NCBI GenBank assembly: GCA_964202905.1 | Contig: CAXNJO010000006.1 | Coordinates: forward strand, 64,001-128,000 | Reading direction: 5' to 3' | Length of the DNA: 64,000 bases | Origin: Polyangiales bacterium | Lineage (GTDB): Bacteria; Myxococcota_A; Polyangia; Polyangiales; JADJQN01 | Shown here: positions 8,905 to 20,509 of the stretch, piece by piece | How positions within the stretch are numbered: position 1 is the first letter of the stretch | How the letters are laid out: every line of letters begins with the position of its first letter | Program-made: the position numbers and the translations under genes | Notes under the pieces: generated by a model | Databases searched by the model: none | The model's input: the letters and a program-made list of their open reading frames with translations, nothing else | Told to the model about the DNA's origin: nothing

Positions 8905-10361
8905 ATGTCCGAAGACCGCAGCGTGCAGGAGGTCGTCGTCGTGGGCGCCGGCATGGCCGGCAGCGAGTGCGCGTGGCAGCTCGCCGAGCGCGGCGTGCCG
9001 GTGCGGCTCCTCGAGCAGAAGCCCGCGCGGCGCACGCCGGCCGCGCACTTCGACACGTTCGCGGAGATGGTCTGCTCGAACTCGATGCGCGGCGCGGCGC
9101 TCACCAACGCCGTCGGGTTGCTCAAGGAGGAGCTGCGGCGCGCCGGGTCGCTGCTGCTCGCCTGCGCCGACGAGACGGCCGTGCCCGCGGGCGGCGCCCT
9201 CGCGGTCGATCGCGTCGCGTTCTCGGCGCGCGTCACCGAGCGGCTGCGCGCGCACCCGCGCATCCGCGTCGAGGCCTGCGAGGTGACCGAGATCCCGCCC
9301 GCGCGGCCGTGCGTGCTCGCGACGGGTCCGCTCACCGGCGACGCGCTCGCGGCCGATCTCGCCCGCGTCGTCGGGCGTGAGGGGCTCGCGTACTACGACG
9401 CCATCGCGCCGATCGTCTCCGCGGACTCGATCGCGTGGGACCAGGTGTTCCGCGCGTCCCGCTACGACAAGGGTGGCGACGACGCCTACGTGAACTGCCC
9501 CATGAACAAGGCGCAGTACGAGGCGTTCGTCGACGCGATCCTCGCCGCCGAGAAGGTCGCGCCGCGCGCCTTCGAGGACGTGCGCTACTTCGAGGGCTGC
9601 CTGCCGCTCGAGGTGATGGCCGAGCGCGGCCGCGAGACGCTGCGCTTCGGGCCGCTCAAGCCCGTCGGGCTCACCGATCCGCGCACCGGCCGCTGGCCGT
9701 ACGCCTGCGTGCAGCTCCGCACCGAGGACCCGGAGGGCACCGCGTTCAACCTCGTCGGCTTCCAGTCGCGCATGACCTGGCCCGAGCAGCGGCGCGTCTT
9801 CGGGCTCATCCCCGGCCTCGGCCAGGCGGAGTTCGCGCGCTTCGGCAGCGTGCACCGCAACACGTTCGTCGATGCCCCGAGCGCGCTCGACGAAGCGCTC
9901 GCGCTGCGCGCGCTGCCGGGCGTCTACCTCGCGGGGCAGATCACGGGCGTCGAGGGCTACGTCGAGAGCGGCGCGAGCGGCTTCGTGCTCGGCGTCACGC
10001 TCGCGCAGCGCTTGCGCGGCGAGGCCGCCACGCCGCCGCCCGCGACGACGGCGCTCGGGTCGTTGCTCTCGCACCTGCGGCCCGAGACGCCGCGCGGCGG
10101 CCCCGGCTTCCAACCCTCGAACGTCGTGTGGTCGATGTTCCCGCGCTGCCCGCGCGCGAGGGCAAGCGCCTGCAGAAGCGCGATCGCTACCAGGCGCTCG
10201 CGGATCGCGCGCTCATCGACCTCGAGCCCTGGCTCGACGCGAGCGGCGCGCGGCGCGTGCGGGCCCAGGTGCGCGGCGCCGCGGCGCCCGCCGTGGAGGC
10301 GGCGGCGTCCGGGGCCTCGGCGCCCTCGGCCGACGCGGCGGCGCTCGGGGCGTCGGCGTGA
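8905..10361 (+). CDS. trmFO: tRNA (uracil-54-C5)-methyltransferase TrmFO (Gid); apparent 1-nt frameshift near 10140
   Basis: Motifs [55 protein letters not shown] and FQPSNV. The family-typical C-terminus ([27 protein letters not shown]) continues in another frame to the TGA at 10361, which overlaps the next GTG. Confidence 0.93.
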
Positions 10362-10819
10362 GCGCCGGCCCCGCGTCGGCGAAGGGCCCCGAGCGGCGCC
10401 GTAAGCTGTTGAAGTTGCTGGGGATCGCGTTCACGGTCCCGTCCGTCTTCCTGGTGCTGTTCGTGTTCGGGATCATCGTCCGCAACGAGCGCGCGCACGA
10501 CGAGGCGCGCTGCCCCTTCGTGCGTGTCGAGGCGCGCGCGATCGAGGGCGGGCGCGTCGCCGACGAGCGCCGCCGCTGCGTCGAGGGGATCGAGGAGCAC
10601 CGCTGGGTGCTCGAGCGCGGGGCCGGGGCGCCCCTCGAGCTCGGGCGACGGCGGCTGGCGCGCGGCTTCTACGAGGGCAGCCGCTACACGTGGCGGGTCT
10701 TCGCGGAGCAGGGGAAGGCGCGCGTGCACGTCGAGAACACGGGCGCGCCGCCGGTCACGTACCGCGAGGAGGTGGCCGCGGGCGGCGCCGTCCCCGCGCC
10801 CGTCGCGCCGCGCCGCTGA
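10358..10819 (+). CDS. Single-pass membrane hypothetical protein
   Basis: GTGA overlap with the trmFO stop. One TM segment ([22 protein letters not shown]) followed by a small beta-rich domain with two Cys. Confidence 0.75.
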   Translation: MSAGPASAKGPERRRKLLKLLGIAFTVPSVFLVLFVFGIIVRNERAHDEARCPFVRVEARAIEGGRVADERRRCVEGIEEHRWVLERGAGAPLELGRRRLARGFYEGSRYTWRVFAEQGKARVHVENTGAPPVTYREEVAAGGAVPAPVAPRR

Positions 10820-11034
10820 CGGCGGCGTGCCCGTGACGGGTGATCGCCGTCGGCGGCCACGGTGCGCACGCGCTGCGGTGCCGGTCGGCGGACGCTGCGG
10901 CGCGCCGGGACGTGGCACACTCCGCGGCCGTGCGTGCCCCGGAGCTCAGCGGCGGGCGAGCGGACGCCCCGGGCGCGGGGCCGGGTGCGGGTGCCAGGCG
11001 CCCCGTGGGTGCGGGCCCCTTGAACGGGCATGCC

Positions 11035-12465
11035 ATGGTGGGGTGCGCCGTGGCGCTGGTGGCTCTCGCGCGCGCGGTCGAGGTGCTGATCGCGCTCGCG
11101 ATCACGGCGCGGCTGCTCTCCGACCGCGACGTCCGCACGCTCTGGGTGAAGGTCGTCGGCGCCATGCTGCGCGGCGCCGCGGCGTGCCTCGCGCTCGCGC
11201 GCGTCGACCCCGGCGCCCTGCACGACGGGCTGGCGATGTCCGCGATCTTCCTGCTCGTCGTCGCGCCGCTCGTGCGGCTGTGTCTTCACGTGTCGCCCCA
11301 TCGACGCGCGTGGATCCCGCTGCTCGTCGTCGTCGCGACCTTCGCGCTCGCGCTGATGCCGCTCGCCGTCACGGCGCCGATCCATTGGGCGGTCCTCGTC
11401 GGCGCCTCGGTCGTCGGCGCGTCCGCGGCCTCGCGGCCGAGACTCGCGTGGCTGGCGTTCGCGCCGATGCTCCTCGGCGCGCACCCGACGCTCACGGTGC
11501 ACGGCGGCCCGCTGAGCTGGGCGTGGATGCGCGGCGAGCGGCTCGCGGTCCGCTGCGAGGGGGAGCACCGCGTCCTGCCGCGCGGTGTCGAGCGGGGCAT
11601 GTTCGGCACGGCGTACTACGGGCTCACGCGCTTCGACGCCGCGCGCGTGCTCCTCACCGGGGAGCGCGCTTCCTGGTGGTTGACGCCGGAGGGCGAGGGC
11701 CTCGCGGTGGCGCGCGAGGCGGTGGTGCGGGGAAACCTGTGGACCGGCGCGGTCGGCGCGGACCGCCTCTGGTTCACGCACACCGGGAGCGACCTCGTGG
11801 AGGTCGACCCCGCGCGCGCGGGGAAGGAGCGCCACGAGCACCGCGCGATCCATTTCCCGTGGGGCCCGGACAAGACGGAGCTCGATCTGCTCGACGCCGT
11901 GTACGACGAGGGCACCGCGTCCGTGTTCGCGACGGAGATGGTCGGCGGCGGGTTGTGGCAGTACACGGTCCCGACGAAGCGCTTCCGGCACCACCGCGTC
12001 GGCCACTTCTACCTGCAGGCCGCGCGCCGCGACGACGGCCTGCTCGTCGCCATCGACACCACGCACCTCTACGTGTTCGACCCGCGCGCGGGCGTCGTGA
12101 CCGAGTCGCTGCCGGTCGCGCTCGGCAGCGGCGGGCTCGACGTGTGCGCGGCGACGGGCGAGGTCGCCGTCGCGGACTACGCGGGCCGTTTGCGCCTGTT
12201 CTCGCTGGACCGCGCGGGCCACTACCGCTTCGAGCGCAGCGCGGCGACGCCGGCGCCGCGGCGCGTGGCGTTCTCGCCCGACTGCGCCTTTCTCACGCTC
12301 TCGTCCGCCGACGACACCACCGTCGAGGTGTTGCGGCGCAGCGACCTGAGCGTCGTGCGGCGCTACGCGCTCGGGCCCGGGCTGCGCGACGCGACGTACC
12401 TCGACGCACGCCGCGTCGGCGTCGTCGATGCGTGTACCGTGACCATCGTGGAGGGTGGTGTGTGA
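11035..12465 (+). CDS. Multi-pass membrane protein with a C-terminal beta-propeller (YncE-like)
   Basis: About 5-6 hydrophobic segments at the N-terminus, then propeller-like blades (LYVFDP, VAVADY, PRRVAFSPD). Start uncertain (ATG at 11035). Confidence 0.65.
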   Translation: MVGCAVALVALARAVEVLIALAITARLLSDRDVRTLWVKVVGAMLRGAAACLALARVDPGALHDGLAMSAIFLLVVAPLVRLCLHVSPHRRAWIPLLVVVATFALALMPLAVTAPIHWAVLVGASVVGASAASRPRLAWLAFAPMLLGAHPTLTVHGGPLSWAWMRGERLAVRCEGEHRVLPRGVERGMFGTAYYGLTRFDAARVLLTGERASWWLTPEGEGLAVAREAVVRGNLWTGAVGADRLWFTHTGSDLVEVDPARAGKERHEHRAIHFPWGPDKTELDLLDAVYDEGTASVFATEMVGGGLWQYTVPTKRFRHHRVGHFYLQAARRDDGLLVAIDTTHLYVFDPRAGVVTESLPVALGSGGLDVCAATGEVAVADYAGRLRLFSLDRAGHYRFERSAATPAPRRVAFSPDCAFLTLSSADDTTVEVLRRSDLSVVRRYALGPGLRDATYLDARRVGVVDACTVTIVEGGV

Positions 12466-12467
12466 CG

Positions 12468-13286
12468 ATGCGTGTCTGCGTCACCGCCGACGACTACGGC
12501 CTCGACGACGCCATCGACGAGGGCGTCGCGTCGCTCGCCGCTGCGGGTCGCGTGGACGCGGTGAGCGTCATGGTGCACCCGGACGCCGCGCTCGCGGGGG
12601 CAGGGCGCCTCGCGTCGACCGCCGTCGCGACGGGCCTGCACCTCGTCTTCGTCGGCGAGCGACCCTTGCGTGCGGATCGGCTCGCGGCGGCGCTCGACGC
12701 GGACGGTCGCTTGCCGGGCCACTACGCCGCGCTCTTCGCGCTGCTCTTGCGGCGACCGCAGCTGCTGCCGCGCCTGGTCGAGGAGGCGCATGCGCAGGCG
12801 GATCGCTTCCTCGGGCTCGGTTTGCGGCTCGATTTTCTGAACAGCCACCAGCACGTGCATCAGTTTCCGCTCCTCTGGCGGGCGCTCGCCGGGGTGTTCC
12901 GGCGCTTCCCCGGCGCCGCGGTGCGGTGCGCGCGGACGGGCGCGCCGGGCCTGTCGCGTCAGGGGGCGCTCAACCTCGCGGCGCGCCTCTCGTGGCGCGC
13001 GTGGCCGCTCCCGGGGACGCGCACCCTCGACGGCGTGGGCGTGGACTTCGCGGGGCGTGCGGACCTGCCCGCCGTCGCGCGCGCCCTCGAGGCGCTCGGT
13101 CGTCGGCGCGTGCGCGAGGACGTCGTGCACGAGCTGATCTTCCATCCGGGCCTCGGCGCGCCGGCGCGCGACGCGCATCGCCGCTGGGGCTATCGGTGGC
13201 GCGAGGAGCACGCGCTGCTCGCCTCCGACGCTCTCGCCGACGTCTTCGCCCGCCGGGGCGTGCGGCGCGTCCGCCCGCTCGCATGA
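12468..13286 (+). CDS. ChbG/HpnK (YdjC) family carbohydrate deacetylase
   Basis: Motifs TADDYG, GLHLVF, NSHQHVH and IFHPG; ATG at 12468, inside the long track ORF 10524-13286. Confidence 0.9.
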   Translation: MRVCVTADDYGLDDAIDEGVASLAAAGRVDAVSVMVHPDAALAGAGRLASTAVATGLHLVFVGERPLRADRLAAALDADGRLPGHYAALFALLLRRPQLLPRLVEEAHAQADRFLGLGLRLDFLNSHQHVHQFPLLWRALAGVFRRFPGAAVRCARTGAPGLSRQGALNLAARLSWRAWPLPGTRTLDGVGVDFAGRADLPAVARALEALGRRRVREDVVHELIFHPGLGAPARDAHRRWGYRWREEHALLASDALADVFARRGVRRVRPLA

Positions 13287-13296
13287 TGCGACGCCC

Positions 13297-14001
13297 ATGA
13301 GCCCGGACGTCACGTTCTTCTTCCCGATGTACAACGAGCGCGACTCGGTCGGTCCCATCATGCGCAAGGCGCTCGACCTGCTCGCGGAGACGGGGCGCTC
13401 CTTCGAGGTCCTCATCGTGGACGATGGCAGTTCGGACGGGTCGTCGGCGCTCGCGCTCGCGCTCGAGGCGGCCGACGCGCGCGTGCGCGTCGTGCGCCAC
13501 GCAGTGAACCGCGGCTACGGCGCGGCGCTGCGCACGGGCTTCGCGGAGGCCCGCGGCGCGCTCGTCGCCTACACCGACTGCGACGAGCCGGCCGACCTGC
13601 GCGTGCTCTTCGCCGCGCTGCCGCTGCTCGATCGATGCGATCTCGTCATCGGCCACCGGGAGCACCGCAGCGACGGGATTCGCCGCCGCGTGTTCTCCGC
13701 GGCCTACAACGGGCTCGTGCGCTCGCTGTTCGGCGTGCGCGCGCGCGACGTGAACTTCTCGTTCAAGCTCATCCGGCGCAGCGCGCTCGAGCGTCTCCGG
13801 CTCACGACCAGCTCGGTCTTCGTCGACGGCGAGCTGCTCATCGAGGCGACGCGCTGCGGCCTCCGCATCGTCGAGGTCCCGGTGACCTATCTGCCCCGGC
13901 GCTTCGGCACGACCCACTTCGGCGATCTGCGCTCCGCGGCCGCGACGCTCGACGAGGTGGTGCGCTACTGGTGGGCCGCGCGCGGGCCGGGTACGCGATG
14001 A
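13297..14001 (+). CDS. GT2 glycosyltransferase (polyprenol-phosphate sugar synthase, DPM1/ArnC-like)
   Basis: Motifs PMYNE, IVDDGSSD, NRGYGAALRTG, TDCD, DVNFSFKL and EVPVTY. Confidence 0.92.
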   Translation: MSPDVTFFFPMYNERDSVGPIMRKALDLLAETGRSFEVLIVDDGSSDGSSALALALEAADARVRVVRHAVNRGYGAALRTGFAEARGALVAYTDCDEPADLRVLFAALPLLDRCDLVIGHREHRSDGIRRRVFSAAYNGLVRSLFGVRARDVNFSFKLIRRSALERLRLTTSSVFVDGELLIEATRCGLRIVEVPVTYLPRRFGTTHFGDLRSAAATLDEVVRYWWAARGPGTR

Positions 14002-14671
14002 CGCTGCGCAGGTTGCTCCGCGCCCATCCGTCGCTGCGCCCGGCCGAGCGGGTGCACCTCGCGCTGCGCTGGGCGATGGCGCCGCTGCCGCGGATCGCGG
14101 CGCTCGTGCCGGAGGAGGGCGTGGTGCTCGACCTCGGCTGCGGCCACGGTCTCGTCTCGCTGCTGCGCGCGCGCGGCCGGCGCGACAGGTGATCGGCCTC
14201 GACTGGGATGCTCGCAGGCTCGCCACGGCGCGCACGCTCAGCGAGCCGAACCTGCGCTTCGAGTTCGGCGACCTAGCGGGCCAGACCCCGTTTCCCGCCG
14301 CGCGCGGCGTGCTGCTCGCGGACGTCGTCTACCTCCTGTCGCCTCCGGATCAGGAGCGGCTGCTTGCCCGCTGCGCCGCGGCCCTCGAGCCCGGAGGCGT
14401 GCTCGTCCTCAAGGAGACCGTGGACACGCCGCGCTGGAAGGCCGCGCTCTCGCGGCTCCAGGAGGTGCTCGCGGTGCGGACGTTCGGGCTCACGCGGGGC
14501 CGCGCGCTGCATGTGCTCGGGCGCGACGAGTGGGTCCGACTGCTCGAGTCGCTGGGGCTCGAGGTCCGCGTCGTGCCGCTCGACCGCTTCCGGTACCATC
14601 CCCACGCCGCGTTCGTCGCCCGGCGCGCGGCGGGTGGCGCCGAGGCGCCGCGGGGCCACGCGGCGGGGTGA
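13998..14671 (+). CDS. Class I SAM-dependent methyltransferase; apparent frameshift at about 14165-14190
   Basis: The N-terminal part starts at an ATGA overlap with the GT2 gene and carries motif I (VLDLGCGHG). The C-terminal part, in the next frame, carries VIGLDWD, DVVYLL and LEPGGVLVLKE. Confidence 0.85.
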
Positions 14672-14677
14672 GTCGGC

Positions 14678-15667
14678 ATGCGCTATCTCGTGACGGGCGG
14701 GGCGGGGTTCATCGGCTCGCATCTCTGCGAGACGCTCCGCGCGCGCGGCCACGAGGTGTGGGCGCTCGACGATCTCTCGACGGGCTGCCGCGAGAACGTG
14801 CGGCTCCTGGAGGACGACCCGCGCTTCCGGTTGACCGTGGGGAGCGCGACCGATCGCGACGTCGTGGCGGCGCTCGTCGACGAGGTCGACGCCGTGTTCC
14901 ACCTCGCCGCCGTCGTGGGGGTGCGGCTCGTGGTGGAGCGCCCCGTGCGGACCATCGAGACGAACCTGCGCGCGACCGAGGTGGTGCTCTCGGCCGCGGG
15001 CCGCCGGGGGTGCCCGGTGTTCGTGGCCTCCTCGAGCGAGGTCTACGGGAAGGGCACGCAGCTTCCCTTCCGGGAGGACGCCGACCTCGTGCTCGGCCCG
15101 ACGAACACGGCGCGCTGGGCCTACGCCTGCGCGAAGGCGAACGACGAGTTCCTCGCGCTCGCGCACTGGAAGGAGCGCCGTCTTCCGGTCGTGGTCGGGC
15201 GTCTCTTCAACACCGTCGGTCCGCGTCAGCTGGGATGTCATGGGATGGTGTTGCCATCTTTCGTGGGGCAGGCGCTGCGCGGCGAGCCGATCACGGTGCA
15301 CGGCGACGGCACGCAGCGGCGCTGCTTCGCGCACGTCGCCGACGTCGCGCGCGCGGTCACGCTGCTGCTCGAGACGCCCGCGGCCTACGGGAAGGTCGTC
15401 AACGTCGGCAGCGACGAGGAGATCGCGATCCTCGAGCTGGCGCGGCGCGTCCGTGACCGCGCGGGCTCGTCGTCGGCGATCACGCTCGTGCCCCACGCGG
15501 AGGTCTATGCGGACGGCTTCGAGGACATCGACCGCCGCGTGCCCGACACGTCGCGGCTGCGCGCGCTGACCGGCTGGCGGCCGGAGCACGGCCTGTCGCG
15601 GATCCTCGACGATGTGCTGGCGTCCGCCCGCGACGCGCGCGCCGGGTCGGCGTCCGCGTCGCCGTAG
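14678..15667 (+). CDS. NAD-dependent nucleotide-sugar epimerase/dehydratase (UDP-glucuronate decarboxylase-like extended SDR)
   Basis: Motifs TGGAGFIGSH, HLAAVVG, ASSSEVYG, YACAK (YxxxK), RLFNTVGP and GDGTQRRCF. Confidence 0.92.
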   Translation: MRYLVTGGAGFIGSHLCETLRARGHEVWALDDLSTGCRENVRLLEDDPRFRLTVGSATDRDVVAALVDEVDAVFHLAAVVGVRLVVERPVRTIETNLRATEVVLSAAGRRGCPVFVASSSEVYGKGTQLPFREDADLVLGPTNTARWAYACAKANDEFLALAHWKERRLPVVVGRLFNTVGPRQLGCHGMVLPSFVGQALRGEPITVHGDGTQRRCFAHVADVARAVTLLLETPAAYGKVVNVGSDEEIAILELARRVRDRAGSSSAITLVPHAEVYADGFEDIDRRVPDTSRLRALTGWRPEHGLSRILDDVLASARDARAGSASASP

Positions 15668-15721
15668 CCCGCGCCACGCGGGAATTGCGCCCCGCGGGGG
15701 TCGGCGTTCTACGCTGCGGAC

Positions 15722-16711
15722 GTGAAGGGCGGCGCGCGCGGCGGCACGGACGCGGGGCAGGGGGCGGGCGATGCGCCGCGCGACGCGCTCGCCGAGCAGC
15801 TCGCGGCGTTCGAGCAGTACCTGCGCGCCGAGCGACGCGCCTCGCCGCGCACGGTCGAGGCGTACGGGCGCGATCTCCGCGCGCTGCGGGACTTCGTGCA
15901 GGCGCGGCAGCTCCCGCTCGACGCGCGGCGCCTCGGCGTGCCCGCGCTCCGTGCGTGGCTCGCGTCGATCTTCGAGGGGCGCTCGCCGCAGACCCTCGCG
16001 CGCAAGACCTCCTCGCTGCGCGCGTTCTACCGGTTCCTGCTGTTGCGCGGCGTCGTGCGCGAGAGCCCGGCGGCCGCGCTCCGCACGCCCCGCACCAAGC
16101 GCCCGCTGCCGCGCTTCCTCACGGTCGACGACGCGTTCCGCGTGGTGGAGGCGCCCGCGGCGGACGGACGCGGCGACGAGCCGCTGCGCCTGCGGGACAC
16201 GGCGATGCTCGAGCTGCTCTACGGCGCCGGGATCCGCGTGAGCGAGCTCGTGGGGCTGACGCTCGCGCGCGTCGACCTCGCGGGGCGCACCGCGCGCGTG
16301 CTCGGCAAAGGCGACAAGGAGCGGCTCGTCCCGCTCGGGGGGCCCTGCGTGGACGCGCTCGGCGCGTGGCTCGCGGCGCGGCCTTCGTTGCGGCACCCGC
16401 GCACGGGCGCGCAGCACGGAGACGCCCTGTTTCTGGGGAGATTCGGCACCGCGCTCACGGTGCGGCAGGTGCAGAACCTCGTGCGCGCGTGGGGGACGCG
16501 CGGCGCGGGGCGCACCGACCTGCACCCGCACGCGCTGCGCCACACCTGCGCGACGCACCTGCTCGACGCGGGCGCGGATCTGCGCGGCATCCAGGAGCTG
16601 CTCGGCCACGCGAGCCTCTCTACGACGCAGCGCTACACGCACGTCAGCATCGATCAACTGATGGCGGTGTACGACCGCGCCCATCCGCTCGCGCGGGGCG
16701 GCCGGTCTTGA
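15722..16711 (+). CDS. xerC: Tyrosine recombinase XerC
   Basis: Motifs [34 protein letters not shown] and [14 protein letters not shown]; lies upstream of hslVU. Confidence 0.93.
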   Translation: MKGGARGGTDAGQGAGDAPRDALAEQLAAFEQYLRAERRASPRTVEAYGRDLRALRDFVQARQLPLDARRLGVPALRAWLASIFEGRSPQTLARKTSSLRAFYRFLLLRGVVRESPAAALRTPRTKRPLPRFLTVDDAFRVVEAPAADGRGDEPLRLRDTAMLELLYGAGIRVSELVGLTLARVDLAGRTARVLGKGDKERLVPLGGPCVDALGAWLAARPSLRHPRTGAQHGDALFLGRFGTALTVRQVQNLVRAWGTRGAGRTDLHPHALRHTCATHLLDAGADLRGIQELLGHASLSTTQRYTHVSIDQLMAVYDRAHPLARGGRS

Positions 16712-16742
16712 CTCCCCCGGGGGCGCGCCGCACTTTCGCGCA

Positions 16743-17314
16743 GTGCGAAAAGTCGATGAATCCGAGCGCTTTCGGTCGACCACGATCGTCGCCGTGCGCC
16801 GTGGGGCGTGCGCCGCGATGGCCGGCGATGGCCAGGTGTCGCAGGGCCAGACGATCCTGAAGGCCAACGCGAAGAAGGTGCGGCGCATCGCGAACGGCCG
16901 CGTGATCACGGGCTTTGCGGGCGCGACGGCCGACGCCTTCACGCTGCTCGAGCGCTTCGAGAGCAAGCTCGAGGCGCACCGCGGGGCGATGGCGCGCGCG
17001 GCGGTCGAGCTCGCGAAGGACTGGCGCACCGACCGCTACCTCCGCCGCCTCGAGGCGATGCTCCTCGTGATGGACGAGACCACGACGCTGCTGCTCTCGG
17101 GTACGGGCGACGTGATCGAGCCCGATCCGCTGCCGGGCACGAGCGACGTCATCGTCGCCATCGGCTCGGGCGGCGCGTACGCGCTCGCGGCGGGGCGCGC
17201 GCTGCTGCGGCACACCACGCTCGGGCCGGGTGAGGTCGCGCGCGAGGCGATGCGCGTCGCGGCGGAGATCTGCGTCTACACCAACGAGTCCGTCATCGTC
17301 GAGGAGCTCGGCGC

Positions 17315-17318
<4 letters not shown>
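16743..17318 (+). CDS. hslV: ATP-dependent protease subunit HslV
   Basis: Motifs [44 protein letters not shown] and ICVYTN. Confidence 0.96.
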
Positions 17319-18706
<1,388 letters not shown>

Positions 18707-18709
<3 letters not shown>

Positions 18710-18810
18710 CGCGGGGCTGCGGGCGGCGACCTCGGCCGCGCGTCCCCGTCAGGCGCGCAGCGTGCTGTGCGGGTGCGCGGCCCGACGCGCCGCTCAGGCG
18801 CGCAGCGTGC
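18707..18810. repeat. Imperfect inverted repeat after hslU, plus a 17-bp direct repeat (tcaggcgcgcagcgtgc) at 18749 and 18794
   Basis: tgacgcgggg...ccccgtca can form a hairpin (18707-18751). The 17-mer occurs twice exactly, and the second copy is the 3' end and stop of the convergent gene. Confidence 0.7.
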
Positions 18811-19531
18811 GGAGGCGTTGGGTCGCCGCGACGCGGCGCCACGTCGCGCCGGCGACGCGCACGGGGGGGTCGCGGTGCGGATCGAAAGCATCGCGCACGC
18901 CGTCCGCGTGGCTGAACACGCTGCCGCGCGCGAGCCGCGGGACGACGCGCCCGAGCGCGCGCCAGAAGCGCGGATCGTCGAAGACCGCCGCGGGCAGGTA
19001 GAACCAGTCGGCGAGCTCGAGGCGCACGGGGCCCGTCGTCCGCGCGAGCGACTCCCACGCGGTCAGTGCGCCCTCGACGTCTCCGCGCGCGCCATGCGCC
19101 CGCGCCCGCGCGAGCACGCCCCCGGCCGTGCGCAGCCGCGCGACCTTCGCGAGCGCCGCGTCGCCGCGCCCTGCGGCGAGCAACTCGGCGGCCTCCGTGA
19201 TCGGACCGGACGGCGCCGTGCGGGCGGCCTCGCGTGCAGCCTCGCGCGCCGCGTGGAGCTCGACGGAGCCCGGCATGTAGCGCAGGGACCGACCGTACGC
19301 GCGTGCGGCTGCGCGCGGCGCGTCGATCAGCTCGCACACCTCGCCGACGAGCGCCCACCCCGGCAGCAAGATGCTGAAATCATTGTCTTTTTTGGAAAGA
19401 GTCGCGAGCGCCGGGAGCAGTTCGTGGCGCAGCCACGCTTCGCCGCGCGGGTGCACGCCCGCGGTGTCGTCCTCGATCGCGTCCGCGAGGATGCGGCGCG
19501 CGTCCTCGAGCGTCGGCAGGCGGCGCGGCAC
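18794..19531 (-). CDS. TPR-like alpha-helical hypothetical protein
   Basis: 245 aa, starting directly after the argB stop. TPR-like segments (WALVGEVCELIDAPRAAARAYGRSL; ARAHGARGDVEGALTAWE). Confidence 0.65.
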   Translation of the reverse strand: MPRRLPTLEDARRILADAIEDDTAGVHPRGEAWLRHELLPALATLSKKDNDFSILLPGWALVGEVCELIDAPRAAARAYGRSLRYMPGSVELHAAREAAREAARTAPSGPITEAAELLAAGRGDAALAKVARLRTAGGVLARARAHGARGDVEGALTAWESLARTTGPVRLELADWFYLPAAVFDDPRFWRALGRVVPRLARGSVFSHADGVRDAFDPHRDPPVRVAGATWRRVAATQRLRTLRA

Positions 19532-20401
19532 TCAGCGCGTGATCTCGGTGCCGAGGCCGCGGTCGGTGAAGATCTCGAGCAGCATCGCGTGCTTCACGCG
19601 GCCGTCGATGACGTGGACCTTCTTCACGCCGCCGGCGAGCGCCTCGAGGGCGCACTCGACCTTCGGGATCATGCCACCGTCGATGATGCCATCGCGCTCG
19701 AGCGCGCGCGCCTCGTCGGAGGAGAGCGACGAGAGCAGGGCGCCCTCGCGGCCCTTCACGCCCGCGATGTCCGTCATGAGCACGAGCTTCTCGGCGTGCA
19801 GCGCCTCGGCGACCTTGCCGGCGACGGTGTCGGCGTTGACGTTGAGCGACGCGCCCTCGTGGTCGACCGCGACGGGGGCGATGATGGGGATGAAGCCGCC
19901 CGCGATGAGCTGCGCGACGATCTCGGGGTTCACGTGCGTCACGGCCCCGACGCGGCCCGGGTCGACGAGCGCGCCCGACTTCGTGCGCATCTCGGTCACG
20001 CGGACCGCGCGCATGAAGGAGTCGTCCTTGCCGGAGAGCCCGACGGCGCGGCCGCCGTGGCTGCACACGAGCGAGACGATCTCCTGGTTGACCTTGCCGC
20101 CGAGGACCATCTCGACGACGTCCATCGTGCGCTCGTCGGTCACGCGCAGGCCCTGGATGCGCTCGGAGACGACGCCCATCGCGGCGAGCATCTCGTCGAT
20201 CTGCGGGCCGCCGCCGTGGACGACGACGGGGTTGATCCCGACGTACTTCATCAGCACGACGTCGCGCGCGAACGAGCTGCGAAGCTCCGCGTCGATCATC
20301 GCGTGGCCGCCGTACTTGACGACGAAGGTGGCCCCGTGGAAGCGGCGGATGTAGGGGAGCGCTTCGTGGAGCGTCTCGGCCTTCTGGATGATCTCCTGCA
20401 T
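19532..20401 (-). CDS. argB: Acetylglutamate kinase
   Basis: Motifs VVKYGGHAM, VVHGGGPQI, GLRVTD, NVNADTVAG, GGMIPKV and LLEIFTDRGLGT. Confidence 0.97.
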   Translation of the reverse strand: MQEIIQKAETLHEALPYIRRFHGATFVVKYGGHAMIDAELRSSFARDVVLMKYVGINPVVVHGGGPQIDEMLAAMGVVSERIQGLRVTDERTMDVVEMVLGGKVNQEIVSLVCSHGGRAVGLSGKDDSFMRAVRVTEMRTKSGALVDPGRVGAVTHVNPEIVAQLIAGGFIPIIAPVAVDHEGASLNVNADTVAGKVAEALHAEKLVLMTDIAGVKGREGALLSSLSSDEARALERDGIIDGGMIPKVECALEALAGGVKKVHVIDGRVKHAMLLEIFTDRGLGTEITR

Positions 20402-20509
20402 GGCGCGCGCGAGTATACAGGCCCGGATCCCCGCCGCGACGGCCGAGATTCGTGGCCGCTCCGTCTAGGCGTCCGGCGCGGTTCGGCGCACGCTGCGTGC
20501 GTGTCCCGA

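Noticed and set aside
15722..16711. Tyrosine recombinase as a possible phage or island integrase
   Set aside because: Sequence and position before hslVU match housekeeping XerC; no att sites, tRNA or phage genes are nearby.
16743..16780. N-terminal extension before the catalytic Thr of HslV
   Set aside because: Short propeptides removed by processing are already known in many HslV proteins.
18767..20509. N-terminal 581 aa of the 1596-aa track ORF
   Set aside because: It overlaps argB and its neighbour on the opposite strand. The real gene starts at ATG 20510 with a lipoprotein signal.
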